Positions 12,751 to 25,140 of a stretch of 64,000 bases of DNA are shown here, in pieces (within the stretch, counting starts at the first letter, position 1; the number at the start of each line of letters is the position of its first letter). The DNA is from Chiloscyllium plagiosum (taxonomy: Eukaryota), in the NCBI RefSeq assembly GCF_004010195.1, contig NC_057718.1, positions 25,552,670 to 25,616,669 on the forward strand. Reading direction: 5' to 3'. Position numbers and translations under genes: made by a program. Below the pieces are notes generated by a model. It had not been told where the DNA came from and did not search any database. It was given only the letters and a program-made list of their open reading frames with translations.

Positions 12751-14116
12751 TAGTATTGGGCATATTGGTGGACAATAAATATGCTTTCAAGTAATGAGGC
12801 ATGTTTGAGCATGTTAGATGTGAGGTTGCCTGATGAAAGCATTCAAGATAATGAAAGAAACTCACTAAATGAATCCAAGCAAATTGCTTGCAAGAGTGAA
12901 GTGCACAGATACCTGAGCTACTTTCATTTTTACAGGCTCTCCGAGAAGTGAATTGTCACAAAGCTCAGAGGCACACAATTTAGGAAAATAGGAACTAAGA
13001 GGAAGAAGCAAAGTTAAGGGACTCTTTATGACCTAAACAGCTCACCTTAGCTAGAGAATAGGTTACTCAGATCAGATGAGCAATACAAACAGAAATTCCT
13101 GAGGCATTAAATGCTTCACATTTCTGGACTAGGGAGTTCAAAAAAAATCAGGATTCCAAATCTATCCATGCCTACTGAAGATTCAGAAGGGGCGGGGGCA
13201 AGAACTGTTGGGTGTGGTGTTCTGAGTGTTGGATATCTTGTCACAACTCTTGGATATATAGAGAAATGGCTTTTTAGTCAATCTGTACCAGGCTGCCTGT
13301 ATCCTCTGGAATTGTACCCCTGCGGGAGAACAGATGCAATAAAAGCAGAAAAGCGTAACATTGGAGGAAAAAAATATTTTGTGTTAAGAAATATTTAGAT
13401 GACCTATTGGAAGAGAAATAATTGGCGGTTATTGGGGGTGAATAACTTTACCTTTGATGATGGTGTGAAGCAGGTGATACCAAATTAATCATCCATAATC
13501 CACCCTGCCTTCCCTATGTTTTGTCTGTAACCCTGTAAGGTCTTAATCTTCAATGATCCATCAAATTCCCTTTTAAAATTACTTACAGAATTGGCTTTCA
13601 CTGTCTTTTCAAAGTGTTCCAGATCTCACCTTAACCTTCGCTGTTCCCAGGCGAAAGGTCTAACCTGATAATTTATCCTTAGTAACATAATATAACCCCT
13701 GTGTACTTCCACATAGCTTTAAGGATATCTGTATGGACACCAAGGTCTCTCTGCTCCACATCACAGTTTTTTAAATTGCTGTTGATTTAATTCAGTACCC
13801 CATTGGGGAATGTTGAAGGATATAAGTTAGAAATGGATAAACACGGAATGTTTTTATTTTTCTGCCATGTAAAATTCTAATACATTTACATTTTTAGAAG
13901 TTTATTTTGAAACATTGAATTTATAAGCTATAACTAGTGATTGAGAGGTGTGTTGAATTATGATCTAGGCTACAATAAGACGAATTAAGGAGTCAAAGCA
14001 TGTCTACTCTTTTCATTGTGCGTGAATGATTTGATTAGGTATGTGGTCCCTTTAAACCTTTTACATGTCTGCCATGTGTGATAACTTGAAGGTGCAAACT
14101 TGCATGGCCTACGGAC

Positions 14117-14820
14117 TGTATCTAATCTACTGCATTCAGTGCTCACAATGTGGTCTCCTGTACACTGGGGAAACAAAGCATGGACTGAGTGACCACTTTG
14201 CAGAACACCTACATTCTGTCCGCAAAAAAAAGACAAAAAAGCTTCCAGTTGCCTGCCACTTCAACGCATCACTCCTGTTCCCTGGCCAGCATCTCTGTCC
14301 CAGGCTTGCTGCAGTGCTCCAGTGAAGCTCAGCACAAGCTGAAAGAGCAGCATCTCATTTTCCACTTGGGAATTCCACAGCCTTGTAAACTCAATATTGA
14401 GTTCCATAATTTTAGGCCTTGAGGCACCTTCTCCCATGTCCTTACCCCTACCCCACACACCAGGCCTTGTTCCCACATGGTCGGCTGTTACAAACAACCC
14501 ACTCTTAGCCACTAATAGTCCCCATTAGCAGCCATTCATTCTCCTGGGCTGACTGTTATCCACTCCTTTGTCTATCCAACTGTTCTTATCTCTCCTTGAG
14601 CCCTATCTCCAGCTATCATTTACTCCTTACGCCTGTGCCCCGTACCATCTTCTGCATAAAACTAATGTTTTCCTGCCTACCATCAGTTCCGAAGAAGGAT
14701 CACTGGACCCAAAATGTTAACTCTGATTTCTCTCCACAAATGCCGCCAGATCTGTTGAGTTTTGCCAGCAATTTCTGCTTTGTTTCTGGTTTTTGGCATC
14801 CGCAGTTTTTTTTTGTTCTT
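14117..14820 (+). mobile_element. Penelope-like element 3' part: GIY-YIG endonuclease plus 3' UTR/pseudo-LTR
   Basis: LIYCIQCSQCGLLYTGETKHGLSDHFAEHLHSV..LPVACHFN, then after a frameshift GLLQCSSEAQHKLKEQHLIFHLGIPQPCKLNIEF. A decayed hammerhead-like motif lies at 14685-14722. Confidence 0.9.
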
Positions 14821-14834
14821 TTAAAAGTAGTACA

Positions 14835-15065
14835 CTGACAGGATTCATGGGCACATTTCCATGTAACTGGCTAGTAAGCACTAATGGATTCATTGAAATG
14901 GTGTAATGGATTGGAGAAGTTTGCTGTCATGGGATTCAAGGGTGTATTGTGATGGGATTGAGGAATACGCAGTGGGTTTGAAAGGCACAATACAGTGGGA
15001 TTGAGTGATAATTGTATTAGGACTGAGGGATACATTGGAATGGGAATGAGGGTACGGTGAGATTA
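14835..15065. repeat. Decayed ~20-23-bp tandem repeat (core RTGGGATTGA)
   Basis: atgggattca / atgggattga / gtgggtttga / gtgggattga / atgggaatga recur at roughly 20-bp spacing. Confidence 0.6.
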
Positions 15066-16052
15066 ATTTGAGAGATCAGTTGTGATAAATGTCAAAAAGG
15101 ACAGGATTATCCTGCTTCCTAATCTTTTCCTGTTCATAATAATTCTTAAAAAGGAGAACATAATTTAAGAAACGACCAGCAAAAGAATCTGTGCTCTGTA
15201 GCATTGAAGACTATTACTACACTCATCACGTATGGGTCCTAATAATGCATCAATAAGGGAGCCTTTCCAGTCAGAGCTATCACCACGATGCTGTTGATAA
15301 TTAAAGAGGTTTCATACTCCTTTAAGTCTGTGTAACAAGAAGAATGGAGAACATACAAATAAAAAAGAACTGATGAAAGGTCCATTACTCTACCATTATC
15401 TTAGTTTGAATCAATCGTATTCTCTTGAAGCTTCAGAAGAAACTTACTATTTAGGGCCTGTTTCATGAGACATTAGAGATGGATAGTTCACTCCTTGAAT
15501 GTAAAGTGATCTCTGTTTATTTTGTGCAGTTCAGGACTTAGAGTGTCAATCACGACTTACATTCCTGGCTGCGCAATGCCATTCATTAACAAGTTTTTTA
15601 AAATTGTCACCAATATATTTAATATGTACATTCTGTGCATAGGGCTAAATGGGCATCGGTAGGATCTGAGTTTATGAAAAAGAATGCTGCAATAAAAGAG
15701 TATTTTCTCAGGTACGGTGTTGGGGTGAATGCCACTGATTTTGAGAAGCGGAATAAAATCGTTATTAAAATATCAGCTTAATTTTCAAACAGTGACAAAT
15801 GATTGCCAATTAATGTGGTGTGACCTGTCTTGGTTTCCCCTGATCAATTACAAAAATTAAGATGTATTTTGGGATATTAACTTTTATTATGCTATGTAAT
15901 GTTATTCATATTTTTAAAGCTTTTAATGTATATCCACACGTCTCTCGCATAATGGTCATTTAAATAATTTAAGAAAGATTGCATTTGTGACCTACCCAGT
16001 TGCTAGGCAGCGATAATTGTTAGCATGCACAGTAACTCCTTTGATAAATGTA

Positions 16053-16400
16053 GGAAGGATGTTCCTGATGACTGGAGAGTCAAAAACCAGAGTCTAGAAC
16101 TGGGTCATAGATTAGGGATATGGGATAGGCCATTTATCACTGAGATGGGAAGAATTTTTTTTTCACTCAGGGAGTGGTAAGCCTATGGATTGCACTGCCA
16201 TAGAAAGTGGTTGAGGACAAAACATTTTATGTTTTCAAGAAGGAGTTAGATATAGCTCTCAGCACTAATGGGATCAAAGGGGATAGGGAGAAAGTGGGAA
16301 CAGGGCACTGAATGGTCAGCCATGATCATATTGAATGGTGGAGCAAGCTCAAGGGCCCATTTGCCTACTTCTGCTTCTATTTATTGTGTATCCATGTTTC
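16053..16400 (+). mobile_element. CR1 LINE 3' end
   Basis: ORF2 C-terminal remnant (ttttcactcagggagtggtaagcctatgg), followed by the 3' UTR cagccatgatcatattgaatggtggagcaagctcaaggg. Confidence 0.85.
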
Positions 16401-17032
16401 TTTGACTCAGTGTTAGTTTATTTTTGATTATACCTCTGTGAACATCTTTGGGATGTTTTCAGTTTTAAAGATGGTTTCAACACTTTTGCTGTTTGTGCAA
16501 GGGAGTCACTGAGATTCCTAATCTCCATCGTAAAGTTGATAAAGAAATAGCGAAGAAAGAAGATTGCCTTTCTTTCTTACTGAAGTTAAACTAATGAGTT
16601 GAATCTTCTGAGTTACAGGGTTACACGGACAGGAGAAAGGGGCTGGACTAACATTACGGGAGCAACTGCGCATTTACAGAGGGATAACCATGTCATGTTT
16701 GCATTGGCAATGCATGCTCTGTTTAATGAGCATGTGCCCTCAGGAACTAATATTTTAAAAGATTATCTCAAGTCAGTGTGTCCTCAGAAACCCAGAATGG
16801 TGACAAGGCAAAACGTTATTTTTGGTATCAGCTGAAGACCAGAGTTGGGGGGTGCTGTATTACTTCATGATGATTGAGAAAATTGCATTCCCATTATCAG
16901 AGAAACATGCAAGGATGATCAGCAGTTCATATTGTCAATTATATAGTTATTATGAACATAAGTATCATATAACAGAAAACCGAGGAGACACAGGACAGTC
17001 ATTCTTCACAGAGTCTGGATTGTGCAGAATCT

Positions 17033-17361
17033 CATAGAATCCACACAAAATGGGACCAGGCCATTTAGACCCATTGGGTCCACACTAACCCTCTGAAGAG
17101 CATCCCACCCAGACCTAGCCCATCCCTGTAACCCTCATTTACCATGGCTAATCCACCCAGCCACACATCCCGAGACACTACAGGGCAATTTAGATTGGCC
17201 AATCCACCTAACCTGCACATTTTCGGACTGTGGGAGGAAACCCACACAGACATGGGGAGAATGTGCAAACTTCGCACAGACAGTGGCCCAAAGGTAAAAT
17301 CAAACCCATGTCTCTGGTGCTGTGAGGCAGCAGTGCTAATCACAGAGCCACCATGCCACCC
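17033..17361 (-). mobile_element. HE1-like SINE
   Basis: The reverse complement of the head (gaggcagcagtgctaatcacagagccaccatgcc), central domain and tail are all present. Confidence 0.9.
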
Positions 17362-17999
17362 TATGAGACTTTTAAATTTCAGATGTAATGCAGATAAGGG
17401 AGAGCATGCCTAAAGTGGCCAAGCCCTCCTTGTTTTTCCAGAAAGACATCCCTGTTTCCCCCTTGCAGCAACATCCCATCTCTTGAACTGTTTTCTGTAT
17501 TTAGCTAAGTGCTGTGCTCATCCTGCTGACTCACATGGGGGACTAGCATGAACAATGGATGACAACTGGGAATATCCAATGAACAGGGTTTACAGAATAT
17601 TTATAGCCCTGCTACATGGCACTCATCCCAACAGATACCTTTCATTATGCTGTATATGAATGTCCTACCAGCCTTCTTTACCTCATCAACATATTCTTTT
17701 TTGCCTTTCTCCTTCATGTAATCTGGGTTTATATAGATCCTCTTGTTAGCTATGTGAGTTGGATGTCAGAAGACAGCATCACAAGCAAAACACTAGAGGA
17801 ATATAGAAGGAGCTTTAACTGTCTGTAAGGGTTTTGTCTCCATCAACCTAATGGATACTCATTTAAATGTTCATCACTGTTTCCCTCAAAATGACTTTCC
17901 TGTTGTTGGGCTTAACATTGCCTTTCACAATTTGAACCAGTGCTCCTTGTCCTCTAGCACACTTTGAAGTAGTTCAAGCTTGAGGAGCCTTAGCCTTCC

Positions 18000-18520
18000 C
18001 AAGGCTGTAATCCTGGCAGTTAGACTAGTATTGTGATTGAACATAGCACCGACTGCCCTGCAAGGTTTGCAATGTCTGTGGCAGAGCAAGCTACATGTAG
18101 AGACAGAAGTGTTTGCAAGTGCCATTTCAGGTACATCATTCATACTCATATGTCCCATTCACTGAAAACCTTGGGTACCGAGGCAATCTTTCAACTGATT
18201 GGAGTCTGTACAACAAATTTTTATTGCAAAATGGAATGCTGCTCTTCAGAATCCTTTGAGATGCCTTCACCATATCTGCTGAGGTTCTGTACACCCTTGC
18301 AGAAGCTCGTAGCTCTATCCAGTACCTACTGACAGTTTGAGTGCTCTATCCTAGAATACCTTTGGCTTCCTATTTGCCCAAGCCAGTCATTACAAATTCC
18401 ATTCAATGTTCATTCTTTGGAAATTCCCAGAAATGGAGACAAGATGTTACCATGTTGCTGATGTTTCCTTGATGATGCTTTCCAGGACTCTGAGGAAACA
18501 CCAGTAGAACATCCAAGGGA
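18000..18520 (-). mobile_element. Possible ancient RTE-clade LINE C-terminal remnant
   Basis: Frameshifted minus-strand pieces occur in RTE order: PGKHHQG, RMNIEWNL**LAWANR, then CHRHCKPCRAVGAMFNH (C2H2-like). Confidence 0.3.
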
Positions 18521-19101
18521 TTTCAGGCTCTGTTTCTATTAACCATTTCATGCCTTATGTGCATCTTTTAGGTTCCTTTTTGACAAAGATTCAGCAGGTT
18601 TGAGAAAGTTAGGTCGTAGCAGAAAGACTGATTATAAATTTAAGCCATTTCTCAGTGTTTTAGAAGGGTCCTCCACATGGTCTTTCATTGCCTTGCCTCT
18701 GGTCTCTCCTGATATTTTATATACACATGTACAGTACTTCTTTGACTGCTTGCTTATTGTGATGAGAATCATACTGGAATGTTGATACAATATCTTCCTT
18801 CATATTGCTGTCTTATGAATAAGTGCGCCTGTGTTTATGTCTATGCATATGATATGAATACCATCATATTGTGTTATCTGCTGAACCACTGGCCTCTGAT
18901 TAGACAGCTAACTCGGAGAGGCCAGCCACTATCTTTAACTGGATGGTGGTCTGGCAATGGGTTCCTAATTGGTTGCCACCAATACCCTAGCCCTTAGAGT
19001 TCTGCCATTCCCCTTTACAGTTCACAACTCACTGTCATTCCTGACATGAGGCTTATCTAACCTCCATCCCATATTGTTTCAACCTCACATGATTTAGGTG
19101 A

Positions 19102-19327
19102 GGGGTTGGTTAGCTAGTCAGCTGGATAGCTGGTTTGCAATACAGAGTGATGGTACTGCATGAGTTCATTTCCCACATTGGCTGTGATTATCATGAGGAC
19201 TCTCATTCTCAACCTCTCCCCTTGCCTGAGGTGTAATGACCCTCAGGTTAAACAACTACCAATTGTCTCTCTCTAATAAGAGAGCAGCCCCATGGACTGG
19301 TAAGACTCTAGTGACTTTACCTATTTA
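19102..19327 (+). mobile_element. tRNA-derived SINE of a second family
   Basis: tRNA-like head (ggttagctagtcagctgg..gagttcatttcc). Related copies at ~38283-38370 (+) and ~57820-58010 (-). Confidence 0.6.
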
Positions 19328-21279
19328 ACTGAAACAGCAGGCCTAGAATCTGGCCCTTTACCAGAACAATGTGTGACCTAGAAAACTCACACGACACTCA
19401 TTTAGAATCTCCAATGTAACATGACATTCTCAGTTACCTCTTTACAAAGCTGCAGAAATACAGTTTCTTCAGCCTTTTCCTCATAATTGAATCATTTGAT
19501 AAAGATCAGCCTTGTCGCTCCTTTCAGTGTTGTTCCCAAAGCTCGAATCTTTCTCTTGTGTCTAAGAACAGCTTTGATTTTAATAAAACGGCTGCTGTCT
19601 ATCTTCTTCTTACAAGAAATCTATTCATACAGTGAGATTTGACAACCCTTGACTGGACAGAATATTGAATTCAATGCTTTTTCTATCCCTGGCTTTCTGA
19701 GATTATACAATGCACATTCTCTTTTTCTGCATGTATGCCAAAGAAAAACAAGAATTTCGACAAAATGACTTTTGTTCTTGAAATACGGAATGAATATATG
19801 AAATTGATGAGCAAAAGAAGACCAATTGGTTCATTAGGTCTGTCTCATGTTTTTGTTCCAAAATTATGATTTAATTGTGTGTAGTAAAGTTGAATTAAGC
19901 TAATATAGACAAGTCATCATTTAACAACAAAAGAAAAGCAGCAAAAATAGGTTCCACAGCCCTTTGAGTTTGCTATGGTATTTCCATATGAAGGCTGAAT
20001 TATTATATGAGCATCACCTTATCCATGTATTCCTTGATCCCCTGTTTGCCCAGAAAGCTCTCAGTCTCTGTCCTGAGAAATGCCAAGATTCACAAATGAG
20101 GGAAGAAGCTCCCCCTCACCTCAGTCCTCAATGGCCAACCCCTTAATTTGAGACTTTCTGCAGAAATTTCACCACCTCATGGAGGTGAGTACAGAAGCTG
20201 GTAAGGCATGCAAATTCATTCTGCCCCTCAGTCTGCTGGCTTCAATCTGCCCTCAAGTCATTTTCTCACAGACAGGACTGGGGTTTCCCATAGAAGCAGC
20301 AGGTAACTGATTAAGGTAAGTCAGTGACTAATTAAATCCCATTAAACCCCATGGCATTAGGAAATAGACGTGCTGACTGGAGCCAGCCTCCAAGTAGCAA
20401 ACTGACGAACTGGAGGTGAGCTTTGAAGCTCTTGCTGCTTATCTGCCAACAGACACTGCCTTCTAGGCCATGCTGAGGAGTGAGGAGTCTCCCCAAGATG
20501 TTGACCTCACAGCTGTGCCATGTTTCCGACTTGGAAGGCTTCAGAGCTGTCTCAAAATGGAGGATGGCACTCTGTCTCTTACGGAAAGTGGAAGTCCTCC
20601 TTTTCGTCCCCCAGCTTTGAGAGACCACCCGCAATGTTTAATTGGACAGTAAGTTGTGTGCTCGCCACAAATTGATCATTCAAAGGATATCATTGCTGAG
20701 TGGTAATTGTCCACACAGTATGGGATTCTGACCCAAGCCGCAAATCCCATGACACCTAGCTTTCAACTCACATGCTTTCATTGTTTGGCATTCATATTCG
20801 TTCATTGCTAACCATTCCTCAGAGCTGTGGGTGATTGTTGAATTATTAAGGTAATGCCCTTTTGTTTTCTTTGTAAGTTTGATACACATTCTGTGTCAAA
20901 GTAATTAATGTAAAAGCAAGATAGTGTCATGGAGTCACACAGTATGGAAATAGACCCTTCGGTCCAACCAGTCCATGCTGACTGGTTGAAGAGGTGCAAT
21001 TACTTTATCCAGAATGTGCAACTAATCATGACATTTGCCTGGTCTATCAGGAAGTGAAAAAGTCTAACCAGTTTATCTAACTACCAATTGTTTTGAATTT
21101 TGTAGTTTTGTTTCTTGAATAGAATATCAGAACATATTTGGTACCAGCCTTGCAAAACACAATTTCGACTTGAGATTTGGATTGTGTTCACTGTTTGCAA
21201 GGAACATTGTACTTGATCGGATTTGAGGACAAGTAGATTCACAAAAGTGCATGAGTCTTAGATTCCCCATTTTTTTTTT

Positions 21280-21539
21280 GATTAGATTACTTATTGTGTG
21301 GAAACAGGCCCTTCAGCCCAACAAGTCCACACCGACCCAGTCCCCTACATTTACCCCTTCACCTAGCACTATGGGCAATTTAGCATGGCCAATTCACCTA
21401 ACCTGCACATTTTTTTTTGAACTGTGGGAGGAAACCCACGCAGACATGGGGAAAATGTGCAAACTCCACAGAGTCAGTCGCCTGAGGTGGGAATTGAACC
21501 CGGGTCTCTGGCATTGTGAGGCAGCAGTGCTAACCACTG
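21280..21539 (-). mobile_element. HE1-like SINE, (TAATC)n-tailed subfamily, internally deleted
   Basis: gattagattacttattgtgtggaaacaggccc...gggaattgaacccggg...gtgctaaccactg. Aligns with 59689-60000. Confidence 0.9.
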
Positions 21540-21660
21540 GGTGTCCTGACTTTAAACTGCTGCACTGAAGGGAATAAAGCAGCCTAACTAGCAGATAATT
21601 TATTCCTTTTCACTTTTTCACTTTGAAGGTGCTAGGGCAGGCCAGAGTGCTTCTCATGAT

Positions 21661-22621
21661 TGTTGTGGACCAGACCAAACACCCTTAAAACATCTCAAGG
21701 AGATAGCCTAGATCCTAACTTTCATCTTATTTAAAGGCAGGTATAAGACAGTGCAAGTCAGATGTGAGCTGATTGGTGAAACTACTGAGCTTTAAGCAAA
21801 ACACACTTTATTTTTACATCACTGTTAAATTGCAAACAAAAGAGAAGAATTAGCATAACTTTAACTCTATCAAAATACTTAACAAAATAAAATATTATTT
21901 AACTACTATTCATCAATTATTTCTGTATTGCAGCATCCCATAAACATACCGTAGGCGGCACGGTGGCACAGTGGTTAGCACTGCTGCCTCACAGCGCTAG
22001 AGACCCGGGTTCAATTCCACCTCAGGCGACTGACTGTGTGGAGTTTGCACGTTCTCCCCGTGTCTGCGTGGGTTTCCTCCAGGTGCTCCGGTTTCCTCCC
22101 ACAGTCCAAAGATGTGCAGGTCAGGTGAATTGGCCATGCTAAATTGTCCGTAGTGTTAGGTAAGGGGTAAATGTAGGGGTGTGGGTGGGTTGTGCTTCAG
22201 CGGGGCGGTGTGGACTTGTTGGGCCGAAGGGCCTGTTTCCACACTGTAAGTAATCTAATCTACCCTTGGCAAAGGCAAATTCAGCAAAACAGATTTCTGT
22301 CACTTGCAATCTTCTCCAATCTAGGAGAAGGAATACCACCAGAATGAACCTGCCTGCAGAGAGAGAACTTATGCAGCAGCAGAGAGACAGCTGTATCTAG
22401 CAGCTTCAACTCCAAACCTCAACTTCAACAACTGAAAGCAAAACTAAAACCCTGGGTCTGTGTGAATCTGACTCCGCTCACTCATGCTGCTCTTGTCTAC
22501 TTTAAAAAAACCAAAGCTATTTACTCTGCTTTCCATGGAGCAGACAGCTCGTAACCAGGATTACAGCACCCCTCTTCAAGGCCAACAGCTCAAATCCTTC
22601 TTAAAGATATATCCTGTTACA
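21661..22621 (-). mobile_element. Solo LTR (TGT...ACA) with 4-bp TSD tgat, interrupted by a SINE
   Basis: tgat|tgttgtgg ... cctgttaca|tgat (TSD 21657-21660 and 22622-22625). AATAAA is on the minus strand near 21807. Confidence 0.7.
21949..22262 (+). mobile_element. Young full-length HE1-like SINE nested in the solo LTR
   Basis: Intact A-box tggcacagtgg (21964-21974) and B-box ggttcaattcc (22008-22018). CpG-rich, with tail taatctaatct. Confidence 0.95.
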
Positions 22622-22789
22622 TGATTCCCAGAAATGAAGTTCAGCCCTTGCAAGGACCCAATCCAAACTGCTTGCGATAGTGAGATTAGCCGGGTAGCAG
22701 CTTGAGACTGCCTGTAAACTAACCTCAAGTGCACTGCAATGCCAAAGTAACACTTCCATCTGTGTCTGAGAATAAAGTGTGATCCTTTT

Positions 22790-22905
22790 GGGGCCCTCTT
22801 GTGGCACAGTGGTAGTGTCCCTACCCCCCAGACTGGGAGGCCCCAGGTTGAAATCCCAGCTGCTCCAGAGGTGTGTAATAACATCTCTGCTCAGGTTGTT
22901 TAGAA
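22790..22905 (+). mobile_element. Short tRNA-derived SINE-like element (third family)
   Basis: A-box tggcacagtgg and B-box-like ggttgaaatcc. The body is unrelated to HE1. Confidence 0.55.
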
Positions 22906-24880
22906 GAGAAAAAAATTTCTGAGCATAAAGGGTTATTTAAAGCTACTGCAGCATACTAAATTTCTGGCAGTAGACTCCAGTGTTAAAATAAGGTTGCTGC
23001 AGCTCAGCGATGCACAGATGGCAGTCAGGCATAGACTGTGCCACCATAGAAATTGCCAGCTGTAGGGTCATTTGTGTTTAGATATGGCTGCTTATTGTGG
23101 TGGCACTTTGTGCCTTTGGAGGTAGATCTCAGCTCCATTGTGTTACAGTTTGGCATGAGAGAACTCTAGCTGTTGCCAGCTGTATTCATGGTCTTATTTG
23201 GCTGGTGATTGGAACAAGCTCAGGGAAAGGTTGGTGTAGCGATACCTGCCATCCTATTCACCTTCCTTGAATAAGCACTGACAGGGAGAATGGGAAATCT
23301 GGTACCAGCTGCCTTTGCATCTGTTGTCAGCTGAAAGATTATAGCCCGGCTGTTTGTATCACCTGGAATGAACTCCAATCCCCTTTAGGTTGTGCATTGA
23401 TGAATAGAAACTGCAATGACTTGAATCATGACAAGCACTGCTTTGCATGTAGCATGTCTTGCCTCAGTGTCAAAGATTGGTGCATCTCAATATAAAATTT
23501 GATTAGAAAGTGCAGCTCTAGACTGCTAATTTTTGAATGAACCAATACTTCTGCTTCTTGTTGTCATGGATGTAAAAGCTCCTGTTGCACTACTCATGAC
23601 AAAGTTTTCTGGCATCATATTCAATGTTCCTTCTGTACATCATCTTCTCCTTTCGCAATTGTGGGAAATAGCTTGTTTTTTACACAACAAAGAGTCAGAT
23701 TTACATGGAGCTGGGAAGGTGCTGGAGGCCTTTAATTAAAATGGATTTGACTTCGATGCAGAAGTTCTGGCCCCATTTCTGATGGATCCTATTTTTGCCA
23801 ACAAGGCAAGGGGGCAGAGCATGAATCACACAATCAGAAAACCCACACTGAGCAGGCCGTTTGATTCAGTGCTGAGTTCAAACAGACCCGATCTTCCTTA
23901 TTCCAAAAGTCTTAACCCACACTGTGGAAGTCATCAAGTTATAATTAGACTTAAATTCTCTTGAAGAGCTATTAAGGTCTGTACAGATTTCATGATCTGA
24001 AGTTATTTAAATCTCAGACTTTTAAACATTAAACATAAACAGGCTGCAGCTGTCAGTGAGAGTTTTAAAGGAATACCAGTTGTTTTTCTGTTTTGTTTGA
24101 CAGGCTGGCTAAAAGCAAGTAATGTCTGTCCCTGCAGTTTTAATAGAGTTCACTATTGACATTTCACAAAGCAGTTATTGCAACGGAGATAATTATAGAC
24201 ACTTGGCTGAGGTTCAAATGTTCACAAAGCACTTCTATCAGCAGGGAGTATGGACATGGATTCCCATTTTGCTTGGCAGTTTCAAGAGGTTGTTACTTGA
24301 TTAACTATCTTTTTATTATCTGTTAACTATCTGTGATTACTGAATAGAAGTTTGTTTTCATGATTGAACGCCCATTTGTATTAAAAAATCTTTGAAAAGT
24401 TTTCACGAATGAGTTTTCCTTATATTTAATGAATGCATGAATGAGAGCTCTCTTAATGGCTCCTATAGTCTGTCCATGACATAGCAGGGGCATAGAGAGT
24501 GACAAGGGCATTTGAAGAGGGTGCATGTGAGGACTAGAGGGCTTAACAGTCTCGAAAATATCTTGGCTGACGTCTCAGATAACCAGCCTCGTGACCAGTC
24601 CTTCTTGGCACTCACTCATCCTTGAGGCCACCTACACTCTGCTGCTGGGGTTCGCAGACCCGGCTCCAACATGTCCCCACCCCCTTCTAAGAGAGATTGG
24701 TTATAAAGAGACCTTTTAACCTGAAGTGTAACCGCTATGTCGGGAAATTTCCCAACTCATGCCACCTGCTTCTATAGCAAATGTCTGGCCCTAAATCTCA
24801 ACTGTAATTGTTTGATTATGAGGGTTTGATAAGAGAACAGAGTCCACTGAAATAAAATCAGACTGGCCCTAGATATTTTA

Positions 24881-25097
24881 AGTCAAGAGTGTAGCTCTAG
24901 AAAAGCACAGCAGGTCAGGCAGCATCGAGGAGCAGGAGAGTCGATATTTCAGACATAAGCCCTTCATCAGGATGATGAAGGGCTTTTGCCTGAAACGTCA
25001 ATTTTCCTGCTCCTCGGATGCTGCCTGACATGCTGTGCTTTTCCAGCACTACATTCTTGACTCTGAGCTCCAGCATCTGCAGTCCTCACTTTCTCCC
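24881..25097. mobile_element. Penelope pseudo-LTR fold-back insertion (inverted arms) with hammerhead-like motif
   Basis: Arms 24881-24969 and 24973-25062 are imperfect reverse complements. Flanking direct repeat agatattttaag (24871-24882) / agatgttttaag (25098-25109). Confidence 0.85.
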
Positions 25098-25140
25098 AGA
25101 TGTTTTAAGCCTGACAACTTTCAGAGGCCTCAGTAATCCT

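Noticed and set aside
21949..22030. tRNA genes at A/B-box sites
   Set aside because: All such sites continue into SINE bodies and tails. They are tRNA-derived heads, not cloverleaf tRNA genes.
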